Source: Anaerolineae bacterium
GTDB lineage: Bacteria; Chloroflexota; Anaerolineae; Epilineales; JAHCIE01
Assembly (NCBI GenBank): GCA_034431435.1
Contig: DAOUDG010000016.1
Location: forward strand, 70,574-134,573
Direction: 5' to 3'
DNA: 64,000 nt
Positions 42,180 through 51,744 of the stretch are shown here, in pieces. Numbering within the stretch: position 1 is the stretch's first letter; every line of letters starts with the position of its first letter. Below the pieces are notes generated by a model, which was not told the origin of the DNA, did not search any database, and worked only from the letters and a program-made list of their open reading frames with translations. Both the position numbers and the translations under genes were made by a program.

Positions 42180-44384
42180 ATGGCCCGCAATCGACGCCGC
42201 GACAAGCATAACGGGCGAGAGCCAGAACTCCGAACCGTCGTCGTGTCCCGCAACGGGCGCAAGAAAGACCCACCCGTGCCGTCGGACGCGGCGCGCTACG
42301 TCAACCGTGAGCTGAGTCTCATCGACTTCTCACGGCGCGTGTTGGAGGAGGCCGAGGATACGCGCAACCCGCTGCTGGAGCGGGTCAAGTTTCTCGCCAT
42401 CGTCAGCTCCAACCTGGCCGAAGTCTTCATGGTGCGGGTTGCGGGCCTCAAGCAGCAAATCGAGGCCGGTGTCACCGAGCGCTCGATGGACGGCCTCACG
42501 CCGGCCGAGCAACTCATCGCCGTGCGTGAGGCCGCCTGGCAACTGATGGTCGACACGCGCCGCGCCTACCAGGCGTTGTTGCCCCAGCTCAACGCCGCCG
42601 GCATCCACATTCTCACCTACGCTGAGTTGAATGATGAGCAGCGCGCCGCGGCCGACGCCTATTTCCAGGAAATCGTCTTCCCGGTTCTGACCCCGCTCGC
42701 GAATGATCCCGGCCGCCCCTTTCCTCACATCTCCAACATGAGCCTGAGCCTGGCCATCATGATCCGCGACCAGGCGGGGGTAGAGCGTTTCGCCCGCATC
42801 AAAGTCCCCAACACCCTGCCGCGCCTGCTGGAGGTCCCGGCCGCGGACCCCAGCCCCACCCAACATACCTTCGTGTGGCTGGAGCACGTGATCGCCGCCA
42901 ACATGGGCATCCTCTTCCCCGGTATGGAGGTCGTCGAATCCCACCCCTTCCGCACCACCCGCGATGCCGAGATGGTGATCCAGGAGTTGGAGGCGGAAGA
43001 CCTGTTGGACACCGTGGAGCGTGGCGTCCGCCAGCGGCGCTTCGGCTCGGTAGTTCGCCTCACCATCGAGCCGTTCATGCCGAGCTACATCCGCGAGATT
43101 CTGGTCGAGAACATGGACATCGACCCCGGCGACATCTACACTCTGGATCCGCCGCTGGGCATCAGTGACCTGATGGTGTTGGCCCGCGTCGACCGCCCCG
43201 ACTTGAAATTCAAGCCCTTCACCCCTGCCATCCCGCCGGTCGTCGAGGACGAGGCCGACATCTTCACCGCCATTCGGCAGCAGGACATCATCCTCCATCA
43301 CCCCTACGACTCCTTCGAGCCGGTGGTCGAGCTGATCGACACGGCCGCCCATGACCCCAACGTGCTGGCCATCAAGATGACGCTGTATCGGGTGGGGCGG
43401 AATGCGCCTGTCGTGCGCGCGCTGCTCGATGCGGCGCGCAACGGCAAGCAGGTGGCCGTGCTGGTGGAACTGAAAGCCCGTTTCGACGAGGAGAGCAACA
43501 TCGAGTGGGCAAGGCAACTGGAGAGTGAGGGCGTCCACGTCATCTATGGCCTGGTCGGCCTCAAGACTCACTCGAAGATAGCCCTGGTAGTGCGCAAGGA
43601 AGGCGACCGCCTGCGCCGCTATGTTCACCTCTCGACAGGCAACTACAACGCCGTCAGCGCCCAGCTCTATACCGACCTCGGCCTGCTGACCGACGACGAG
43701 GCGATGGGGGCCGACGCCTCCGACCTGTTCAACTATCTGACCGGTTACTCGGCCAAGCGCGACTATCGCCGCTTCGTCGTCGCCCCTGTCAACATGCGCT
43801 CGCAACTCACCACGCTTATCGAGCGCGAGATTCAGCGCCAGCAGGAGGGCCAGGTCGGGTATCTCATCTTCAAGACCAACTCCCTCGTCGACAAGGATAT
43901 GATCAACCTGCTCTACCGCGCCTCCCAGGCGGGCGTCAAGATCGACCTGCTGGTGCGCGGTATGTGCTCGCTGCGCCCCGGCGTACCCGGTCTCAGCGAC
44001 AACATCCGCATTCTCAGCATCCTGGGCCGCTTTCTGGAGCACAGCCGCATCTACTACTTCAGCAACGGTGGCCAGGAGGAAATCTATCTCGGCAGCGCCG
44101 ACATGCGCACTCGCAACCTCGACCGCCGTGTCGAGATTCTCTTCCCCATTTGCGACGCTGCCAATGTGCGTTACCTGCGCGACGTGGTGTTGGCCGCGTA
44201 TCTGGCAGACACCGCCAAGGTGCGCCTGATGCAGCCCGATGCCACCTACACGCGGCGGCTGCCCGCCCCCGGCGAGGCCGAGTTCAACGCCCAGGAGTGG
44301 TTCATCCAGACCCGCGATTGGCGCGACCACGACACGCTGCCTGCCCCGCCCGTCGCATCGTCGCAGCCTACCTCAACCGGCTAG
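42180..44384 (+). CDS. ppk: Polyphosphate kinase 1
   Basis: 734 aa with PPK1 N, head and two PLD-like C domains. Conserved RYVHLSTGNYN histidine-autophosphorylation region. Confidence 0.85.
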   Translation: MARNRRRDKHNGREPELRTVVVSRNGRKKDPPVPSDAARYVNRELSLIDFSRRVLEEAEDTRNPLLERVKFLAIVSSNLAEVFMVRVAGLKQQIEAGVTERSMDGLTPAEQLIAVREAAWQLMVDTRRAYQALLPQLNAAGIHILTYAELNDEQRAAADAYFQEIVFPVLTPLANDPGRPFPHISNMSLSLAIMIRDQAGVERFARIKVPNTLPRLLEVPAADPSPTQHTFVWLEHVIAANMGILFPGMEVVESHPFRTTRDAEMVIQELEAEDLLDTVERGVRQRRFGSVVRLTIEPFMPSYIREILVENMDIDPGDIYTLDPPLGISDLMVLARVDRPDLKFKPFTPAIPPVVEDEADIFTAIRQQDIILHHPYDSFEPVVELIDTAAHDPNVLAIKMTLYRVGRNAPVVRALLDAARNGKQVAVLVELKARFDEESNIEWARQLESEGVHVIYGLVGLKTHSKIALVVRKEGDRLRRYVHLSTGNYNAVSAQLYTDLGLLTDDEAMGADASDLFNYLTGYSAKRDYRRFVVAPVNMRSQLTTLIEREIQRQQEGQVGYLIFKTNSLVDKDMINLLYRASQAGVKIDLLVRGMCSLRPGVPGLSDNIRILSILGRFLEHSRIYYFSNGGQEEIYLGSADMRTRNLDRRVEILFPICDAANVRYLRDVVLAAYLADTAKVRLMQPDATYTRRLPAPGEAEFNAQEWFIQTRDWRDHDTLPAPPVASSQPTSTG

Positions 44385-44400
44385 CGGAGAACGCACACAG

Positions 44401-44437
44401 CGCCAGGCGGAACATCGTTGGGATGTTCCGCCTGGCG
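44401..44437. terminator. Perfect 16-bp inverted repeat CGCCAGGCGGAACATC-gttgg-GATGTTCCGCCTGGCG (putative bidirectional terminator)
   Basis: Lies 17 nt after the ppk stop, between convergent transcription units. No U-tract. Confidence 0.4.
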
Positions 44438-44709
44438 CTTGCCTTGCCTGTCGGAGCGGGCGCCGCCGTGGTGACGGCGGCGGAGGCAGCCTCCGCTGCG
44501 GTCGACTGCGCGAAGGCGGGTCGACTTCCTTACTAGACGATGGCGCGCCGGCGCAGGAAGGCCATCACCGCCAGGATCGCGCCCCCGATGATCAGCACCC
44601 AGCCAATGATGGTGGTAACCGTGCTGACGACGGCTGGTCCCTGGAACAACACGTACAGCGCAGCCACGCCTCCGTACTTTAGATAGTCTAGATAGTCTCG
44701 GCCCGTGCG

Positions 44710-45000
44710 TCAGGGGTTAGCCCCGCTCGTGTTCATCCCCGATGGCGCGGCCTCGGCCGCCCTGTAGACGGACAAGAGCGGCAGGCCCACGCCGTGAAGC
44801 TCATTGAGCATCGCGATGAGGTCATTCTGGTGGGTGATCTGCAGCAGGAGCGTCGTCACGGGCCGCCCATCCGCGTCATAGCCAATAGCGACCTCGACCA
44901 CGTGGGGGAGCGAGAGCCAATCCGGCGACAGGTGCGACTCGACACTGACGCGATAGGAGCGCGGTAAGGAGGTAATTGGCGTATCCCCGTCGCAATGCAT
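44710..45000 (-). CDS. Hypothetical protein (96 aa)
   Basis: Only the C-terminal 96 codons (from ATG 45000) of the 311-aa track ORF look protein-like. The upstream part is Arg/Gly/Pro-rich and overlaps the phosphatase gene out of frame. Confidence 0.35.
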   Translation of the reverse strand: MHCDGDTPITSLPRSYRVSVESHLSPDWLSLPHVVEVAIGYDADGRPVTTLLLQITHQNDLIAMLNELHGVGLPLLSVYRAAEAAPSGMNTSGANP

Positions 45001-45161
45001 GGCTGCCTCACGACCCAGGCCATTCCACAGCTCGTCCTCCAAGAGTGTACCAGAAAACAGGGCGCCACGCCCGGTACATGCCGCCGACATGTGTACCACT
45101 GTGTACCGGCCAGGAACGCCGAGCGGCTGCCGAGGCTCGCGTCGTGGCGCCCGTGGCGCGG

Positions 45162-45716
45162 TCAGCCCGCGCCAGGTGGGTCGCTCGCGGCCGCCTGCCG
45201 TTGCCAGCGGGCGGCAAAGAGGCGAATCCGAGGTTGGACGTGCCATGCATAAGGATCGGCGAGGGGCCGGGCTTCCTTGATCAGGCGCATCGCCTCGTCG
45301 GGCGACCGGCCCTCGGCAATGAGGATGCAGGCCGCCACGGCCACGCTGCGATGAACACCCCCGCGACAGTGCACCAGGACCGGCCGCCCGGCGGCCACCT
45401 CCGGCCGCGCGGCCCGCACGCCGCGCTCCAGCAGCGAGAGCGGCAGCGGGAACAGGGGCGAGTCGGGCCAGGTCAGGCGCAAGACACGAAACGGGCTGCG
45501 ATAGTAGGCGGACGGTGGTCGTTGGAAACTGAGGGAGATAATCAGCCGCACCCCAAGCGCCGCCAATGGGGCCGCCTGCTCGGGGCGTGGCAGCGCGCCA
45601 ACATACAGGCTCTCGGTCACGCGCGAGACCACGGGCGCCCGCCACACGTCCGGCAAGCCGTCAGTGGCGGGGCCCGGCGTGGGCGAGGCCGTCGCGGGGA
45701 GCCACCACCGCCTCAC
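45162..45716 (-). CDS. Dual-specificity/protein-tyrosine phosphatase (CX5R family)
   Basis: Active-site loop VHCRGGVHRSVAV (HCxxGxxRS) and an upstream general-acid region. Start uncertain (ATG 45716 or internal). Confidence 0.6.
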   Translation of the reverse strand: MRRWWLPATASPTPGPATDGLPDVWRAPVVSRVTESLYVGALPRPEQAAPLAALGVRLIISLSFQRPPSAYYRSPFRVLRLTWPDSPLFPLPLSLLERGVRAARPEVAAGRPVLVHCRGGVHRSVAVAACILIAEGRSPDEAMRLIKEARPLADPYAWHVQPRIRLFAARWQRQAAASDPPGAG

Positions 45717-46435
45717 GGCGCTCTAAACCGGATCTGCCAGTGACTGCCGTCACAGAAGGGCTTGTTCTGCGACTGGCCGCAGCGACACAAAAGCTGGCGG
45801 TTGCGCACCTCGTAGGTGAAGCCGTCGGGGCCGGTCACGGGGATGCCGCCCAGCACCCAATAGGCGCCATTGACGATGGTGGCGATGGTCGGCTCGTAGG
45901 GCAGCTCCACCGCCCCCTGGGCGCGCTCGATGAGGTATTGGAGGCGACCGCTGGGGCACAGTTGAATCTGGGCCTTGAGCCGCTCGCGGACTTCGGGATC
46001 GGCGGTGTGCTTGATTTCCTCCCACACGCTGCCGAAGCGATCACAGAAGGCATAGCCGGCGCACAACGTTTCGTCGTCGGTCATGGTCATCCCGACGCCC
46101 TCGAACTCCTGCCGTCGGCTGTCGGTCGGCGCGTGGTCGGCGGTCAACGTGCCATCCCACTCGATGGTCTTGTGGGTACTATCGCAGAAAGGCTTGTTAG
46201 ATGAGTGGCCGCAGCGGCAGAGGAGATACGTCGAGTGCTTCGGCTCCCAATCTGGTCCCGCCTGCCAGGCGACCGCTTCCCCCTGGGCGTTGAGGACGCG
46301 AATACGCTGGGTCAATTTAGGACCGCCGGTAACCACATACGGGCCTTGTTCCTGAATCTTGATGTGCGGCTGCGGAGCCTGGCCGGCAACCGGATGTTCA
46401 GCAGAGTCAGGCGCGGGGGTAGCTTGGTCGGGCAT
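45713..46435 (-). CDS. Protein with two CDGSH-type iron-sulfur domains
   Basis: Two CDGSH-type motifs, CRCGHSSNKPFCDSTH and CRCGQSQNKPFCDGSH. Start ATG 46435. Stop overlaps the start of the phosphatase gene. Confidence 0.7.
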   Translation of the reverse strand: MPDQATPAPDSAEHPVAGQAPQPHIKIQEQGPYVVTGGPKLTQRIRVLNAQGEAVAWQAGPDWEPKHSTYLLCRCGHSSNKPFCDSTHKTIEWDGTLTADHAPTDSRRQEFEGVGMTMTDDETLCAGYAFCDRFGSVWEEIKHTADPEVRERLKAQIQLCPSGRLQYLIERAQGAVELPYEPTIATIVNGAYWVLGGIPVTGPDGFTYEVRNRQLLCRCGQSQNKPFCDGSHWQIRFRAP

Positions 46436-46675
46436 GCATAGCTTCCTTTCCAGGCGAGTAGAACCAGCGCGGTCGATGCGCCGCAGGCGCGCGGCGCGTA
46501 GGGCGATCGCGTCGGTAGACGGCCTACTATAGCCCCAGCCGCTGCGAACGTCAACCCGGCGATTCGGGGTGCATTTGGCATTTGGGCGGCTGAGCGTTAG
46601 CATTTGAGGGTGATGACAGAACAGTGGCAAACCCGACGCCTGTTTCGCCCACACCTGGACACATCAGGAGCGCGT

Positions 46676-47683
46676 ATGCGAAAGGTTATGGTATGGCTGC
46701 TGCTCCTCGCAGGGCTGCTAGCCACGATCACGTCGCCGGTCGCGGCGGACTCAACGGTCGCCGCCCCGCCCGCTCAGGGTGGAGCCAATGGTGGGGACAG
46801 GCCCCCAGTCTTCGCCACGTATGCGCGCGTCGAGCGTAGCACCTACGCCTACTCTGCACCCAACGGCGAACCGCGACAGGCCCTGGACGGCAACCAGTCG
46901 TGGTGGATCAGCGTCCGAGGTCAGCAGGTCGTCAACGGCGAGACGTGGTATCGCACGGCGGAGAACCTGTGGGTACGCGCCAGCGACGTGCGCGTCCTGG
47001 GCCCGGCGCGCTTTCGCGGCGCATACTGGAACGGTCTCTACGACGACGGCGCGATGCCTGACCGCTTCGGCTTCGTCACCAACTATGATACCCACGTCCA
47101 CGGCGCGCCCGACCCCGACGCCAACGATCTCGACTACTACCAGAAATACACCTGGGTTCCACTCAACGACATGCAGAATGGCTGGTGGAACATGGGCGAC
47201 AACGCCTGGGTCTCCTCCAACTTTGTTCGCCCGATGCGCTACCAGGCGCGGCCGGCCGGCGTCGGCCCCGGCCAGAAGTGGATCGACGTAGACCTGACGC
47301 AGCAGACGGTGGCCGCCTACGAGGGCGACCGCATGGTCTTCGCCACCCTGATGTCGTCGGGGAAGCGCACGACGCCGACCGTCACCGGCCTGTTCGCCGT
47401 CCACTCCAAGTATGTCAGCCACACCATGAAGGGTATGTCAGAGACTGGCACGTACTACCTGGAGGAAGTGCCGTGGTCGATGTACTTCCACCAGGCCTAC
47501 GCCCTCCACGGCGCGTACTGGCATGATGGCTTTGGCTGGATTCGCAGTGCGGGCTGCGTCAACCTGTCGCCCGTCGACGCCAAGTGGCTGTTCGGCTGGG
47601 CCGGCCCAATCGTCCCGCCGGGCGCCAACTCGGTATTTGCCTCGCCCGCGAATCCGGGTACATGGGTATGGGTACATTACTAG
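46676..47683 (+). CDS. L,D-transpeptidase (YkuD domain) with signal peptide
   Basis: Catalytic HGAYWHDGFGWIRSAGCVNL motif. Signal peptide MRKVMVWLLLLAGLLATITSPVAA. RBS AGGAG before ATG 46676. Confidence 0.7.
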   Translation: MRKVMVWLLLLAGLLATITSPVAADSTVAAPPAQGGANGGDRPPVFATYARVERSTYAYSAPNGEPRQALDGNQSWWISVRGQQVVNGETWYRTAENLWVRASDVRVLGPARFRGAYWNGLYDDGAMPDRFGFVTNYDTHVHGAPDPDANDLDYYQKYTWVPLNDMQNGWWNMGDNAWVSSNFVRPMRYQARPAGVGPGQKWIDVDLTQQTVAAYEGDRMVFATLMSSGKRTTPTVTGLFAVHSKYVSHTMKGMSETGTYYLEEVPWSMYFHQAYALHGAYWHDGFGWIRSAGCVNLSPVDAKWLFGWAGPIVPPGANSVFASPANPGTWVWVHY

Positions 47684-47750
47684 CCCGACCCCCTTCAATG
47701 CAGCCGTGGCCCGCGCGGGCGGTTACGAGTAGACATCGGCTCTTCACCCA

Positions 47751-48701
47751 GTGAGCATAGACGAGGAGGCTACGCCCATGTGTCTGGACGGTAACAACCA
47801 TCCCCCCATCGCCTATGTCATCGATGAGTACGAGCACGGTTCAATTGGTCGGCGCGAGTTCCTGCGCCGCGCCACCGCCCTGGTCGGGGCGGCTGGCGCG
47901 GCGGCCCTGTTGGCGGCCTGCTCGCCCCAGGCGATGACATCGCCGGCGGCTGGCGCGCAGCCAACGGTTCCACCCCTGGGGACCGTGCCCGCCGACGCCG
48001 CTAACATCCAGGCCGAGACCGTGACCTTCCCCAGTGAAGGCGGCGCCCAGATCAAAGGCTACCTGGCGCGGCCCACCGGCCCCGGCGCCCACCGGGCCGT
48101 TATCATCATCCACGAGAATCGCGGCCTCACGCCCCACCAACAGGACCTGGCGCGGCGCTATGCCAGCGCGGGCTTTGTCGCGCTGGCCGTCGACCTGCTC
48201 AGCCGCCAGGGTGGAACGGACAAGTTCGCCTCGGCACAGGAGGCCACCGCCGCCATCGGTCGCGTGACCGATGAGCAGGCCACCGCCGACCTCAACGCCG
48301 CCGTCGCCTACCTCAAGGGCCACGACGCCGTCAAGGGGCAGAAGATCGGCGTGACGGGTCACTGTTGGGGCGGGGCGCGCACCATCCTGCTCGCCCTGCG
48401 CAACCCCGATATCGCTGCCGCCGTGCCCTACTACGGCAGCAGTCCCCAGAGCCTGGACGAGGTCAACAATCTCAAGGGGGCATTGCTGGGCATCTACGCC
48501 GGCAACGACCAGCGCATCAACGCTGGGGTGCCGCCCTTCGAGGAGAAGCTCAAAGCGGCAGGCAAGACCTACGAGATCAAGACCTACGATGGCGCGAATC
48601 ACGCCTTCTTCAACGACACGGGCGCCAACTTCAAGGTTGACACGGCCCAGGATGCCTGGGCGCGCACCATCGCCTGGTTCAACAAGTACCTGCGGAGCTG
48701 A
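47751..48701 (+). CDS. Dienelactone hydrolase family protein, Tat-exported lipoprotein
   Basis: Twin-arginine motif RREFLRR followed by lipobox LAAC. DLH fold with GHCWGG nucleophile elbow. Confidence 0.7.
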   Translation: MSIDEEATPMCLDGNNHPPIAYVIDEYEHGSIGRREFLRRATALVGAAGAAALLAACSPQAMTSPAAGAQPTVPPLGTVPADAANIQAETVTFPSEGGAQIKGYLARPTGPGAHRAVIIIHENRGLTPHQQDLARRYASAGFVALAVDLLSRQGGTDKFASAQEATAAIGRVTDEQATADLNAAVAYLKGHDAVKGQKIGVTGHCWGGARTILLALRNPDIAAAVPYYGSSPQSLDEVNNLKGALLGIYAGNDQRINAGVPPFEEKLKAAGKTYEIKTYDGANHAFFNDTGANFKVDTAQDAWARTIAWFNKYLRS

Positions 48702-48708
48702 CATCTCG

Positions 48709-49332
48709 ATGGACGACTTCCTATCGATGTTCCCACCCAAGCTAGCGCGACGCATGCGTGCCGCAGGTGTGACAGGCCCCTCCAGCCTGCTTGAGATTCT
48801 GCAAGCGAATGAGGCCCTGGAACGAGAGTTCACTCGCTACGCACAGAAGCACCCCGACGTGGTGCTTACCCTGACCCTCGGCGCGCTGCTGGAGCAATTC
48901 CTGCTGGCCGAAACGCCCGCGGAACTGCTCGCGGTCTACCTGGCCGCGCCGCCCGAGGTCCGCCCGATCTTCCCGATGGCTGTCGCGGAGGTGGCGGACT
49001 CCCTCGAAGCGGAGGGCCATGATGACGAGGCAGAGGAGATGCGCGACCGCCTCGACGAGCTAGATAGCTTGATCGCGGCCCTCGACAACCCACTGATGGC
49101 CGCCGTCGGCAAGTTCTTGAGCGCGCCCAACGAAGCGGCGGCGCGGGCGGTCTACCGGCGCCGCCATCGGGTCTTGCAGACAATTCAGGCTCAGCGGGTG
49201 CTCGACAGCGACGAGACGATGGCGGTAGCGCCGGTCCCAGAGCAACTCGAGGCGCGGCGCGAGCTGCTGCGCGAGCTACGCGCCGCTGGCTCGCCCCACG
49301 CGCCGCGCCGCCGCCTCAGAGAGCATCGCTAA
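48709..49332 (+). CDS. Hypothetical acidic helical protein (207 aa)
   Basis: ATG 48709 lies 8 nt after the stop of the preceding gene. Coding-like composition; no family recognised. Confidence 0.4.
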   Translation: MDDFLSMFPPKLARRMRAAGVTGPSSLLEILQANEALEREFTRYAQKHPDVVLTLTLGALLEQFLLAETPAELLAVYLAAPPEVRPIFPMAVAEVADSLEAEGHDDEAEEMRDRLDELDSLIAALDNPLMAAVGKFLSAPNEAAARAVYRRRHRVLQTIQAQRVLDSDETMAVAPVPEQLEARRELLRELRAAGSPHAPRRRLREHR

Positions 49333-49356
49333 CAAGCGGATAATTGCGCTTCGGTC

Positions 49357-50307
49357 ATGCCTGAACTACCCGGCGCACTGCGCCTGCAATCCGAGTATCG
49401 CGACTACGTGTGGGGCGGCCGCAAACGGCTGCGGCCCGGCCAGCTGACGGCCGAGGCGTGGGTCGTCTATGAGCGCGACCCTATCGAGGGCGGCCCCCTG
49501 GCGGGGCGAACCCTGGCCGACGTCGCCGCCGAGTACGGCGCGGCGTTGCTCGGCTGCCGCGCCGTCGCCCGCACCGGAACCCGCTTCCCCCTCCTCATCA
49601 AGCTGCTTGACTGCGAGCAGTGGCTTTCCCTCCAGGTGCATCCCAACGACGAGCAGGCGGCGCGGCTGGAGGGTGAGGGCCACTTCGGCAAGACCGAGGC
49701 CTGGCACATCCTGGACGCTGACCCCGGCGCGACGCTCATCGCGGGCGTTCGCCCCGGCACGACCCAGGCCGCCCTGGCGGCGGCGATTCGAGACGGCAGC
49801 GTCATCGACCTGGCCGAATCGCTCGCAGTCAACCCCGGTGACACTGTGGTGATGCGGGCGGGTACGATGCACGCCCTGGGACCGGGCCTGTTCGTCTACG
49901 AAGTCCAGCAGACCTCCGATCTGACCTACCGTGTCTACGACTGGGGCCGACCGCCGACCGCCTCCCGGAGCCTGCACATCGACCAGTCCATCGCCGTCAC
50001 CGACCCGCTGGCGCTCGCCAACGCCACGCCTGCCCCTGACCTGGGCGATGGCGAGGGCGGCGTTCTGTGCCGCACCGAATATTTCACGCTGGCGATGTTG
50101 CAGAGCCAGGGGCGCGCCTGCGACCTGGACACGGCGGGGGAGACCTTCCACGCCCTGACCGTCATCAACGGCGCGGCGCGGCTGATCATCGGTGGCGCGG
50201 AGGTGTGCTCGCTCGGTGAGTACGCCAGCGTCGTCATCCCCGCCGCCACCGGCGCGTATCGGCTCGAACCGGCGCCGACGTTCCGCGCCCTCAAGGCGAG
50301 CCTGTAG
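49357..50307 (+). CDS. manA: Class I mannose-6-phosphate isomerase-like cupin
   Basis: FPLLIKLLDCEQWLSLQVHP matches the type I PMI zinc-ligand region, and GEGHFGKTEAWHIL the second ligand block. Confidence 0.6.
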   Translation: MPELPGALRLQSEYRDYVWGGRKRLRPGQLTAEAWVVYERDPIEGGPLAGRTLADVAAEYGAALLGCRAVARTGTRFPLLIKLLDCEQWLSLQVHPNDEQAARLEGEGHFGKTEAWHILDADPGATLIAGVRPGTTQAALAAAIRDGSVIDLAESLAVNPGDTVVMRAGTMHALGPGLFVYEVQQTSDLTYRVYDWGRPPTASRSLHIDQSIAVTDPLALANATPAPDLGDGEGGVLCRTEYFTLAMLQSQGRACDLDTAGETFHALTVINGAARLIIGGAEVCSLGEYASVVIPAATGAYRLEPAPTFRALKASL

Positions 50308-50447
50308 CGCCTCCCGAACAACACATTCCCCTGTTCGTGGCGGATGTGACCGTCCGCCGCCTCGTATCCGCGACTGGCCACCGCCGCTTACCCGTGGCGG
50401 TATCCCCGTCGCACCCCGACAGGCGTCTACAAGGAGTCTGGTGTACC

Positions 50448-51434
50448 ATGATCGGAATCGCCGAGTACCTGCCGCCCAGCCCCTCCCCGCTGTGGAAGCT
50501 CGCCAGGCAAGGCGGAGCTGACTACGCCGTCGGCGGCCTGCCCTACGACGACCCCTGGCTCGGCGACGACCGCCCGTGGGATTATATGCCTCTGCTGCGC
50601 ATGAAGCAGCGCTACGAAGACGGCGGGTTCCAACTGGCCGTCATCGAAGCCCGCCCACCCTACAACAAGGTAAAGCGTGGGCAGGCAGGCCGCGACGAGG
50701 AGATTCAGGGCATCTGCACCCTCATCGAGAACATGGGGCGGCTGGGTATTCCCGTCTGGTGCTACGAGTGGATGACCGACTTCAACTGGCTGCGCACCTC
50801 GACCATCACGCCATCGCGTGGCGGCTCGGTCGTCACCAGCTTCGACAACAGCCTGATGCAGGGCGCGCCCGACACCGACGAGGGGCCAATCTCCGAGACG
50901 GAACTCTGGGACAACCTGGCCTACTTCCTGCGCCGCGTCCTACCCGTCGCCGAGCAGTGGGGCGTCAGGCTCGCCATGCATCCCGACGACCCGCCCCTGT
51001 CGCCCATTCGCGGCGTCGCCCGCATCATGCGGAGCGTCGAGAATTTCCAGCGGCTCATCGACACGGCCCCCAGCCCGGCCAATGGCATTGCCCTCTGCCA
51101 GGGCAACTTCACGCTGATGACCGACGACCTGCCGGGCGTGATTCGCGCTTTTGGCCGCCAGGACAAGATTTACTTCGTCCACTTCCGCGACGTGTTGGGC
51201 ACGCCAGACAAGTTCAAAGAAACCTGGCACGACGAAGGCAAAACCGACATGTTCGCCTGCATGCAGGCGTATAAAGATATCGACTTTGACGGCGTTTTGC
51301 GCCCCGATCACGTGCCGACCGTCGAAGGCGACCGCAATGATGCCGCCGGCTACTCCTCGTACGGTCGGCTCTACGCCCTGGGCTACATCCGTGGCCTACG
51401 TGAGGCTGTGTACGGCAGAGCCAGCGGACACTGA
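50448..51434 (+). CDS. uxuA: Mannonate dehydratase
   Basis: 329 aa. MIGIAEYLPP start, and HPDDPP and CQGNF motifs of the UxuA TIM barrel. RBS AAGGAG 11 nt upstream. Confidence 0.75.
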   Translation: MIGIAEYLPPSPSPLWKLARQGGADYAVGGLPYDDPWLGDDRPWDYMPLLRMKQRYEDGGFQLAVIEARPPYNKVKRGQAGRDEEIQGICTLIENMGRLGIPVWCYEWMTDFNWLRTSTITPSRGGSVVTSFDNSLMQGAPDTDEGPISETELWDNLAYFLRRVLPVAEQWGVRLAMHPDDPPLSPIRGVARIMRSVENFQRLIDTAPSPANGIALCQGNFTLMTDDLPGVIRAFGRQDKIYFVHFRDVLGTPDKFKETWHDEGKTDMFACMQAYKDIDFDGVLRPDHVPTVEGDRNDAAGYSSYGRLYALGYIRGLREAVYGRASGH

Positions 51435-51449
51435 GAGTTGCCGGCGCAA

Positions 51450-51490
51450 GGGGGGAGCAGGCGGATCGGCCGTCTGCTCCCCCCTTGCGT
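51450..51490 (+). terminator. Hairpin GGGGGGAGCAG-(13 nt)-CTGCTCCCCCC followed by TTGCGTT
   Basis: Perfect 11-bp GC-rich stem 16 nt after the uxuA stop. Confidence 0.45.
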
Positions 51491-51623
51491 TACAGGTTGT
51501 TGTCTGAGTGAAGGGCGCGAGTGACAGCGACGAAACTAAGGGTCGCTTGAGGCGGCAACACGCCGACAGCGTAGCGGCCCTAAACATGACTGGGTTACGA
51601 AATAGATATCAAATAGTCAGGCA

Positions 51624-51652
51624 TTGACGGGGCGGCACAGTTGTGATAGAAT
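51624..51652 (+). promoter_or_regulatory. Sigma70-like promoter TTGACG-17-TAGAAT upstream of the large regulator gene
   Basis: Located in an AT-enriched 100-bp stretch (gaaatagatatcaaatagtcaggcattgacgg...tagaataagg). Confidence 0.45.
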
Positions 51653-51744
51653 AAGGGTGAAGCGCGCCGATCAGCAGCGAGACCGCGCCGCGCCGCCTGG
51701 GCCCAACTCACAGAGGGATTCTCGACCCACCCTGGGGGGGGACT

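Noticed and set aside
42330-44330. 666-aa minus-strand ORF antisense to ppk1
   Set aside because: The opposite strand encodes a full-length PPK1 with diagnostic motifs. The antisense product is V/G/D/A-rich without motifs.
44710-45645. Full 311-aa track ORF on the minus strand
   Set aside because: Only the last 96 codons look protein-like. The N-terminal 215 codons overlap the phosphatase gene in another frame and have artefact composition. Annotated as 44710-45000 instead.
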